Shown here in pieces: positions 51,454 through 61,645 of a stretch of DNA of 64,000 nt. Within the stretch, counting starts at the first letter, position 1; every line of letters begins with the position of its first letter. The stretch is from Epiperipatus broadwayi. Taxonomy: Eukaryota; Animalia; Onychophora. Position numbers and translations under genes: made by a program. The stretch lies in contig JAQFVV010000010.1 in assembly GCA_028023455.1 (NCBI GenBank), forward strand, positions 17,484,001 to 17,548,000. Direction: 5' to 3'. Under the pieces are notes generated by a model. It was not told the DNA's origin and did not search any database. It saw nothing but the letters and a program-made list of their open reading frames with translations.

Positions 51454-52935
51454 TAAGATTTGAAATACCAGGCATTCTTAAAATTGGAGCCTAATTATAA
51501 ATATAGGGGATTTGAAACTCAGACTTTTAAGCCCTTTATCTTATACTACTGATACACATGACCACACACATGCAGAAACGATAAACCACCAACATATATA
51601 TATTTCGTGTTAAACCAGCACTCATCAGTTGGTCCAGATTATCATCTCCCATATATATATATAATCAGTACTCAGTCTGTATTAAGATAGCAAATCCTTA
51701 CACTTTAATGGACAGGCTTCAACTTACTCCAACTCTTCAGCCATCTATACCATTGAAAATCTGGATGATAGAATTCCCCAATCCCATGCTGATACCAATA
51801 TTGTTGTCATACCCATGTTGATCTGAAGTTATCTCATCCCTCATATATAGGACAGCATCCATTTAAATACATAGAAGAGGGATGGGCAGAATACAGGCTT
51901 AATATGTAAGATTTGAAATACAAGCACTCTTCATATACCTGGAGCTAATTGTAAATATAGGGGTTTGAACTCAGATTTTCAATACCTTTGACTATCCACA
52001 CTATCTCATACTAATGATACACATGTCCACACCCATGCAGAAAAGGTAAATAATCATTAATATACATATTTTGTGCTAAACCAACACTCATCAGTTGGTC
52101 CTCCCACACACATATATAATCAGTGCTCAGTCTATATTAAGGTAGCAAATCTTTACACTTATAGGGTTTGAACTCAGATTTTCAATACCTTTCACTATCC
52201 ACACTATCTCATACTAATGATACACATGTCCACACCCATGCAGAAAAGGTAAATAATCATTAATATACATATTTTGTGCTAAACCAACACTCATCAGTTG
52301 GTCCTCCCACACATATATATATAATCAGTGCTGTCTATATTAAGATAGCAAATCTTTACACTTTAATGGATAGGCTCCAAGCTACTCCAACTCTTCAGTA
52401 GTATGAGATATCAGTAGTATGACATAGTGTGGATAGTGAAAGGGCTTGAAAGTCTGAAATCAAATCCCCTATATTTACAATTAGACTCCAGGTTTAAGAG
52501 TATCTGGTATTTCAAATCTTACACATTAAGCCTGTATTCTGTCCATCCCTCTTCTACATAGTTAAAGGATGCTGTCCTATACATGAGGGGTCAGAGTGAC
52601 TTCAGGTCAACATGGGCATGACAACAATATTGGCATCAGCATGGGATTTGGGAATTCTATCATCAGATTTTCAATGGTATAGATGGCTGAAGATTTGGAG
52701 GCTGGAGTAGGTTGAAGCCTATCCATTAAAGTGTAAGGATTTGCTATCTTAATATAGACAGCACTGACTATATATATATATGTGTGTGATAATCTGGACC
52801 AACAGATCAGTGCTGGTTTAGCATGTATATTGGTGATTATTTATCTTTTCTGCATGTGTATGGTCAGGTGTATCAGTAGTATGAGATAGTGAAAGGGCTT
52901 GAAAGTCTGAGTTCAAATCCCTTATATTTAGAATT
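51454..52935. repeat. Family A tandem + inverted array (~453-bp monomer)
   Basis: taagatttgaaatac at 51454 and 51907 (period 453). Near-identical 204-bp duplication 51956-52159 / 52160-52363. Orientation switch at 52398/52399; 52416-52927 is the reverse complement of ~51503-52015. Confidence 0.9.
51581..51642 (-). ncRNA. Type-I hammerhead (family A) retaining ancestral CGAAA
   Basis: Minus strand AUAAUC-UGG-ACCAA-CUGAUGA-GUGCU/GGUUU/AACAC-GAAA-UAUAUAUA-UG-UUGGU; 2-nt insertion at the cleavage site. Further degenerate copies at 52050-52100, 52253-52303 (minus) and 52789-52840 (plus). Confidence 0.72.
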
Positions 52936-53112
52936 AAATATACATTTCATTTATTTAATATCAGCTCTTTCTGACCCCCCCCCACACTACATACATGCCT
53001 TTAATAAAGTTTTAATGAATAAAAAATTGCTTTTAATAAAAATTTAATACATAAATTTCCCATAAAATTAAAACTATTACAAAGAAATCAAGTCAGATGG
53101 AATCTAATGCTT

Positions 53113-53175
53113 GAATATTCTAGCACCTCACTGAGGAAGCCAGTAATAGAAACTGGTCTGAGGTTAGGAATATTC
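53113..53175 (+). ncRNA. Minimal type-I hammerhead (family D-related) with stem II deletion
   Basis: GAAUAUUCU-AGC-ACCUCA-CUGAGGA-AGCCAGUAAUA-GAAA-CUGG-UC^-UGAGGU-UA-GGAAUAUUC. Flanks share gaatctaatg and aaagcttgtt.agagct with 61190-61365. Confidence 0.75.
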
Positions 53176-53278
53176 TACAAAGCTTGTTAAGAGCTTATTT
53201 TCAAGCTCATATATATATATTGAAGCTATATATATGTGCCACATATATGCATCATGCCAACTTATAAATAAATAATTT

Positions 53279-53357
53279 TAACTTGTGGCTTTCAATGTAT
53301 AACTAAATAGTTTTAGTTAACTTGTGGCTTTCAATGTATAACTAAATAGTTTTAGTT
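53279..53357. repeat. Perfect 39-bp tandem duplication
   Basis: taacttgtggctttcaatgtataactaaatagttttagt occurs twice in tandem. Confidence 0.95.
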
Positions 53358-56300
53358 ATATTATGTATTTCAAAATTAAAACAAAGCAATATATATGTGT
53401 GCATGTATAAAAGCATTTTCTCTTAAAAAAAAAAGTTTTGAATATTTTTTAACAATATAATGAATGCCTATAAATTAAAGCAGAATTATTACTATAATTG
53501 TTATGCATAATGAATTAATAAATATTAATTAAAGTTAAAATTTTTAATTTTTGTTTGTTGAATTGCATAAAACAAAAATACAATTAAGAGAATAAGAGAT
53601 GTCTGAAATAAAAAAAATCATTTTCCACTAAAAATAAAAAAAATTAAACACACACATTGATTTTTTAAATTCTCTCTTGACTAAAAATGTAATTAAAAAT
53701 TTAATTTTTTAAAATTTTATAAATTGTAAATCAAATGAATAATAACAGGAACAAACATTTTCATAGCATCACTTCTTGTGTAATATAATTTTAATACATT
53801 CTCATTGTTAGCAAGATTCCAGAAGTAAACAAATTTAAATATGGTTCCTAGAGATCTTAATAATGATTTACTATGCACAGCTTTTTTTTTTTATTGGTTT
53901 TGTTAAAATATTTTTTGATTCTAATTAAGCTGCATTCCATCTCTGAGATGCAATATTAAGTGAAGAATATGATGTAATCCTAAAAGATTTCTTTGATTTT
54001 CTAACAGTTTGTTATCACAAATTAATGGCTCCTGAACAAGAGATTTGATTTAACATTTTTCAATATTAGTATTTGATTTAATAATCAAAATGTTATGTTT
54101 TCCATCTAATGTCACAAATGCCTGATATATAAGATTTTCTAATGTAGTGTTTCCCAAAGTAGATGAGTGATATTGCTTCAAGGAAGGCATCAGAACAATC
54201 CAAAGTATTAATACCTTCAAATGCAATTGGGAATCATTGAATAAAAATAATAAGGCAGTAAAAACTTAAAGAAAAAAGTTTTTAAAAGGAATTCAAAACA
54301 TATTTCATTTATTATGTAACATAGTCGTATTGATTATTTTATTTTACAAATAAACGCACAAAATGCAAGTTATAACCAATCAATGGGCCTGTGTTCATCA
54401 GATCTTAACAATCAAGTATTGGCAGGTGATTAGTGCCTTGTATGAAATTTAATATAGATTATTTCTGAATTGTGAGATAAACAATTAACAATTATATAAA
54501 TGCAATAAGTATTTTAAAATTTTAATTCATTATTTGATTTTTAAAGATTATGAATTACATTCAACACAAATTATTGTTGTTTTAATAAAACCACAGCTTA
54601 CGCAAGAATATTTATATATATTTTCTTAATTAGCTACCATATGTTTCTGTATCATAGGCCTGTTGCCACACAATACTATTTGAAGAGTTCAGATAGTATA
54701 TTTGTTATACCAAGTATTAATTTTATGACTGCTAGCTCATATAAAATTTAATACTCATAGTTTATCAGGAAGAATCTTTAATTTAATTATTACCATTAAT
54801 TAATTTATAGGTATTATTATTATTACTACCATTAATGATGAGGCCATTTTACTATAATGGGAGGTGATGGGTATGTAGAAGTAATTAAGGCACTAGCTAG
54901 CTAAAACAATGGCTAAATTATTATACATGAATCTGCCCATTTATTTACCTTCACATACTTTAAAACCAGTTCTTATTTTAAAGAAATAATAAATATTATT
55001 TAAATGCCACAGTTCAACCCCTTTGAATTGACTGATTTTGTAAGAGCTAATTAAATAAGTAAACATCTACATATACAAGATTGGGAGATTATGAAATCAT
55101 AGGGTCATCAGTAATATATTATAAAAAATAATGGATTAAAAAGATTTTTAAAAAAAACTAGTACTTGTTTTTATTAATAAAATAATATTAATTAGTAACT
55201 AAGTATTTTAATGTGAAGAAAAATAACTTACAAGTTGACTAATCATACATACAAATACTTTTATAAATATTTATATAACAGAACTAAAAAGTTAATTAAT
55301 ATGCATTTTCATGTTCAGACTATTTTCCAATTGCTAACTCAGTATGTACTACTAGAAAAGACATTTTGTTTTAAATACAAATTTTCAAAACCTTAAAATA
55401 TCTACAAAATAAAAGATAATAGGAGAAAGGATAAATATATAATTTTATAAACAGAAAATTATTATAAATATTGATAAATAGAGATTTTTGTTTATTTGTT
55501 TTTGGTTATATATAAATCAATGTATATGTTTATTAAGATTGGAGATTCAAAATTCAATTGTTCACAATACTTTTCCTTGCATGAAATTTCTGATACCCTA
55601 GTAATAATCTTAAAGAAATTTAATGTCACTTCTGGAGGTCTTTAATAATTATATATGTAAACTTTTATAATGAATTCTTATATTTATATTTAAGCAGTGG
55701 TAATTGAGGTTCTTATTAAGTTTATGATATCTGTTCTTTTGCTAATTAATTTGAGCTTAAAATAAGATTCATGATAGTAAGCACTGAACATGCCTTCAAA
55801 AAGATAAGTAAATGAGCTGCAAGGGATTTGATTTAACCAGACAATATATCAGAAAGAGAAATGAGGAAGTATATTATAGCACAGTAATAACTGATTATTA
55901 CCAATTCATGGCTCCTGAATTTGATGCCATTTCACCTTCAATTCCAAATGCTTGATTCTTCCAGTTCTCACTTCAATTGCTTGCAATCCTCAAATGAACT
56001 ATTTTTATACTTGTAGAACAATTTACACCATTAACATTTTTAGAAAAAAGTATAATCTACACAACAGAGTAAAAATAATCCATCATCAAATTCTATCATC
56101 AAAATTAGAACTAATATTTTTAATGCTTTCTATATTATTGAATTTTTCCTCTTCACTTAATTTGTCCAAATTTTATGTTCAGTATTGTTTTATTTGATAG
56201 TCCTTGGTATTGTTTGTTTTGGGGGAGATATAAATCCATCAATATGTTTAATCTACTGTCCCAAGTGATGCATGGATCTAAAAGCTATTTTATTACCTTA

Positions 56301-57227
56301 TAAGTTTACCATATGAATCATTTTATAATCAAAATGAATATCTTTACTTGAGAAGTTCTTATTTAACTACTAATAATAATTTAATGTTTGTTTTATCAAG
56401 TTGTTGCTTAATATCTGCTATGATTTCGTTGACTTTTGAATCTTATCTGTATAAGTTATATTAGATTCTTTTTCACAACTTTAGTTACTGTTTTGAAACT
56501 TTCTGTATGTACATATATACACAACCACACTAAAAATAATTAATCATCTCTGAGCACAAAAATTAGGTATCCTATAGACAATTGTAAATTGAACCAAATA
56601 AAATAAAAGTTAAATTTAAAAAAGATTAGTCAATGGATATTTATTGGCAATACAGTATTATATTTTATCAGAGCTTATGGAATACTATAAAATTAAAAAA
56701 CAACAACCCGAAATCTCATATTATTAGTATTGGTAAAGTGTTTCTAAAAATGTAATGAATATATATGGTATTGCTTATTTAATGAGTTTTTTAAATTATC
56801 ATTGCCTGAAATCTAACAATAGTCCATAATTCTGTTTTTTTAGTTATTTTAAATATATATATATAAAGATTTAATAAATAAAATTCCATTATTGGTCACT
56901 ATTCTAAATATAATGTAAATGAATAATGTTTACAGTTAAAAGGGGCTAGAACTATTTAACTTTCCTTCTAATAGAGTTAGTACATTTAATGAAAAGAGCC
57001 GAATTTGCATAGATTGTTTTCTTACATGAAGTTTTTCTTCTGAAATTTTTGAGATTGCTTTTGCAAAATAATTGTCAGATAGGAAATAAAATTCATTACT
57101 TTCATTTATCAGAAAAACTGAAAAAATGTGTCCAATTCTTTCTTTAGATGATTCTGGATATTTACTTTGCCAGGGAAATATAATTTATCAATTTCATATT
57201 TCCTCAAGCAATGAATATCTAAAACAT

Positions 57228-57420
57228 CACATGATCATTTATGTTTACACACTGTTAAAACAGTAGTTATTCTCTTCAAACAATAATACCATCCAGTGTG
57301 TTATAATAATCAATGGTTGCTAGAAAGTTTGTGCATCAAAATCCCTAACAAGTGTTTGGGAACAGTTCCTGTGCACATGTCATTTGATGAGATCACAATA
57401 TTTGAAAGTTAATGATGGAT
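57228..57420. repeat. Old, diverged family C-related copy
   Basis: taatcaatggttgctagaaagtttgtgcatcaaaatccc resembles taatcaatggatgccagaaggcttgtgcataaaatcccc. Confidence 0.5.
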
Positions 57421-58559
57421 TGATATGTATGTGAAATGTCACAACAGGTTCAATACATAAGTACTGTATATTTCTATATTATTTTGGAAAATCAATAGAT
57501 ACAATATACCACTTGGGAATATTTTATTAAAAAAATTTCTAATCAATCGTGGAGCTTAAAGCAAAGTATTTGAAAATATTGACAAAATAAAAATCAAAAA
57601 AAAGTTCTTCAGGTTAGCATTTGAATAAACTTAGCTGAAAAACAACAGTCAATTAGATTTATTAATATTATTTACTTATATCTGAGAGCAGTTCTCTTCA
57701 CTGTACTTATAAATTTCTGTTAAAGCTTGAGTAATCAATAAGCTGTATATCTTTCCAAAATGGTGTCTGGCTTTTGTCTTTATCAGGAATGCATATGATT
57801 CAAAGCTAAAACTAATGCATTTACATATCTATCAGCCACCTTTTACTTATTTATACAAATCAAACTAATTATTTGCTTGCTTAGTTATACATACAAATGT
57901 AGAATAAGTATATATGTAAAATAGATGAAGACATATTACAATCTATAATAACCATCACCATATCCATCCTTTGGCTAAAAAGATTAATAATAGCTTTCAG
58001 TAGAAGCATGAGAAAAATTTTCATTTGATATTGTTATTAGTATTTATTTATATATTATTACAAGAAAAGTAAAAAATAAATGTACTGTCTTGTAAATCAA
58101 AAGTAGATGTGTTTGGCTATAAAATAATAGAAATAGAAAAAAAGAATAACTATTAGCAAATATATATAAATCAAATTGATGCATTATGCCAATCTTGATA
58201 CTTGACTAAATTTTATAGATATTCAGCAAATGTTATAATAGTTTTCATTCTAATAGGTTTACAATGTAAGTACGAAGAAAAATATTTAATATAAAAATTA
58301 TAATATATAGGGTATATGAGCACAGACTTTCACACGACCCACCACTCTATCTCTTAACACTATATAAATAATTTATGACTTATGATAATCCATTCCGTAA
58401 TTTTATGTAATTCATATACTTCTTCAGATGTGTTTTTATTTGACTATGGTACAAAATATGAACATTTTTATCAAGTGAAAATAGGCACATTACTATATGT
58501 CACAATAGTAAGACAGCATGAATACATTCAAATTAAAGTCAGAATTGACCTACATATGT

Positions 58560-59200
58560 TTCTAATCTTTAGTGCTTTGTAAAGTATAGATATACATAAA
58601 TATTGAAATTAAGTACAGTATTTAAGAACTAATTATACAATTCATTGGCAAAAAAGAGAGTCGCTAATCCATCTTGGCATTTTTCTATTGCCACTATTGG
58701 TATCTCTAATCTATCATAATCTCCAATTATCTTAAAAACAAAATTCTTAATTATACTTAACAGCCCCACGTCACTATTTCTTCACACTCCATTTCTATCG
58801 CTCTATCATAAGCCTTTCCTATATCTAAAAGTAACATATTTTCCTTTAAAGCATTTCAATCATCTGAATAATATGTAAATTATTTTATATCCTCTCTTAG
58901 ATTATTCCGCTATTTCTTAAAATTTTATAAATCTCCACTCACTTGCCATAAGAGTTTAAAAAACTTTAGTGAAGCACGTACATTCTATACCCACCATGCT
59001 TAAATCAGGGCTTGAGTCTATTGTGTGCCTGATGTTATAATCAAAGATTCAATTGTACAAATCTATTTAATCTATCGAGGAGAAAGACAGAGTCTCATTT
59101 TTAACCACATACTATTTAGACAAACATGATTTCTCTCTCAGCAACATCCTTTCTGAATCTCAATCTTTGTTTTTCTATCCAATCCTCAAATTTATATGTA
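58560..59200 (-). pseudogene. Degraded LINE RT remnant
   Basis: Minus strand LLLDIGKAYDR (~58803-58836), followed by a PQG-like segment (~58670). Confidence 0.55.
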
Positions 59201-59279
59201 AATATTTTATATATAGTTGATAATCAAAAATCTTTCCCGTTTTTTTTACCAACTTAAATAAATAGATAATAGTTGTCAA

Positions 59280-59360
59280 GCATTGGTGGTCGAGAGGACA
59301 GCGACAGCTGCTTTACAAGCAGTTGTCCCGGGTTGGCGAGTTCGCTTCCCGTCTGATGCT
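59280..59360 (+). pseudogene. tRNA-like sequence (Gly-type acceptor/T arm, TAC anticodon), likely pseudogene or SINE head
   Basis: GCATTGG...CTGATGC acceptor, GCTGC-TTTACAA-GCAGT anticodon arm (TAC 59314-16), T arm interrupted by an 8-nt insertion (GGCGAGTT). About 73 nt without the insertion. Confidence 0.7.
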
Positions 59361-59959
59361 ATGACACATGGGGGGGGGGGAGTTAAATCATATGTAAAAC
59401 TATATATAGAAAATATTTAGTTAAAAAATATCATTAATAGAAAATGAGAAAAAGTGAGCCAATATCATAAGAATCCTATATAGTTCACGACTTCGTAGAT
59501 TTTAATAGAACTGATTAAAGGGAAATAAAAAGCAAAGCATTTTTAGAAGAGGATTATTTTTTGACTCCTTAGTATTATATTTTATTGGTATTTCACAATA
59601 TTTATTTAGTTTATTTTTGGAACTATTTGATTAACATTTTGTGAGAATAAAATGTTAAACGACTCCTTTAGTATTGATTCTAATTATATATTTTTAAAAA
59701 AAAATCAATTTATATGAGTTTCATTTCATCCTTCAAAATGATTATAAAATAATGACCGACTTTTAACTATTCTATTGAAAAAAATAATGAGTTTTTTTTT
59801 CATTATCTTTACACTTTTAATGAAATATAAATTGGTTATCATTGTAAGCATAATACAATATATATATATGGACCAAATAACATACTTAGTAATATTAATG
59901 TTTTTTAAAAGACACATGAATGTGTATTTGTGCATTATTTTTTGAAATGATACCCATGA

Positions 59960-61000
59960 TGGTGTTAGAAAATACCACAAATATTTGCATGTCTTGGAAT
60001 TATTCCATTTTTTTTCTTTAATACGTTTTCCTAAAGAATAAATGGAAAATACAATAAACCCGGGCCAAGTTCTTCATGCCATAAACCAGAAAATATTCTG
60101 GGAATATGGATTTAATAAATATTAGCATCCATAGCTTTACTTGAATTTATAATAAATGTTTACTTGAGTGAAATAGAATAGTTTGCTCATATAAAAAATT
60201 TGAATTATATATTAAAATATTAGACACATCTCTTTTTTTGACTCTTGGATGAATCTTATCCTCTTTATTGTTTGCTTATTATTGCAAATGACATTTCTCC
60301 CTTTACCCTATACACAAACTTTTTTGCCATATAATGGCTTTTCTTTAGAGAAGTTTCTAAACACAGTCATAAGCTCCTAGATTGTTAACTAAGTTAAAAT
60401 ATTCTCAACCTCCGAAATTTCTTCCTCATTTTGAAATAATTCTCTATACAATATATTGATATTTCTTTTTCTCCTCATCCCATTTTAATAAAAATATTAA
60501 TTTCAATGTTATTTTCTCTCAAATAAAAAATTAGGCCAAAATCTCCATCTTTTTCTTAAGTTTTCCATTCTCCTGGAAGTGTATTTTAATTTTTTTCATT
60601 AGACTAAAAAAATATGTTTAATACTTCTCCTTCCATTTCCATAAATACTATGTTTACAGTTTATTTCATTCCATTTTTGTATCTTTTCCTTGTATCAAAT
60701 AATAAGCTTCTAGTATTATCACATATCCTTGCAAATTCTTTTTTTTACATAATTCCAAATAATTTTTATTCAATTTTCATAATTCTACTTCTCTTATTTA
60801 ATCAATCCTCTTTTACCACTTACTATAATTATGTATCTTAATATATTATCTACACATTTCTTATATATATATATAATTAAATTTCAACTTTAAAACTTTT
60901 TTTATCCAATGTGTTTATAGGCTTCTTTACATAATCTAATTAAGCATTATTTTTTACTACTTATTTTCATTCATATATTTTTAATTTATCTCTTACAAAA
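59960..61000 (-). pseudogene. Degraded RTE-like LINE RT remnant
   Basis: Minus strand LPGEWK..K.GD (~60545-60585), GAYDCV (60360-60377), RVK.GD (~60225-60245) and KYL (~59985), in RT order. Confidence 0.6.
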
Positions 61001-61212
61001 GAATTTCATACAATTTACTCTCCATAGCTTCATCACAAAGTATCTCATTTCCAAATGTAAAAGCAGATAGTATCATTCTATCCCAAATTATTTTACATAT
61101 CTATTATATATTTGATTACAAGCTGACTTTAAAGAGATGTCTAAAAGTTTCAGATCTTCTAACAATTAACTTTTAGATAAATGCTTTGCTTGAGTTGGTT
61201 TTTTGAATCTAA

Positions 61213-61270
61213 TGTCCCAAGTCCTCACTGAAGAGACCCATGGGTCGAAACCGGTCTGAGGATGGGGACA
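61213..61270 (+). ncRNA. Intact minimal type-I hammerhead ribozyme (family D)
   Basis: UGUCCC-AAG-UCCUCA-CUGAAGA(61228-34)-GACC/CAUG/GGUC-GAAA(61247-50)-CCGG-UC^(after 61256)-UGAGGA-UG-GGGACA. All core nucleotides present, stems I and II perfect, palindromic ACCGGU stem III. Confidence 0.92.
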
Positions 61271-61479
61271 ATCCAAGATAAAAATGATTTGAATGTCTTC
61301 TCTTGTAGTAGCATTTATCATAAATAAATAAAAAGCTTGTTTAGAGCTCATTAGCATGCTCTTAATTTTACATATTTGTAAGTGCAAGCTATATATAAGT
61401 CATGTGACATCTGACTTTTTATTATTACAAGTATAATGTCTACACTGATCTTGATTAACTAGAGGGCATTTGAACAGAT

Positions 61480-61645
61480 TTTCAAGCTCCCTTTAGCTAT
61501 CCACACATGACCACATAAAAAGATAAAGGATCTCATACATATATCATGCTGAATCAGCATTCATCAGTTGATCCAGGTCATTTCCCACACACATATATAG
61601 GATGGAGTGGATGTCTGAAAAGTTTAAATGTCTGTGTTCAAATCT
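61480..61645 (-). mobile_element. Degenerate family A copy
   Basis: catgctgaatcagcattcatcagttgatccag is the reverse complement of the family A HHR core. Confidence 0.65.

Noticed and set aside
52680-52730. Second CUGAAGA motif in the family A monomer as an extra hammerhead
   Set aside because: Followed by GAAG rather than GAAA, no paired stem II, and no valid UH before the putative stem I strand.
51454-52935. CRISPR-like or satellite-only interpretation of the tandem array
   Set aside because: Eukaryotic context, no short constant repeats with unique spacers, and the units are long monomers that also occur dispersed.
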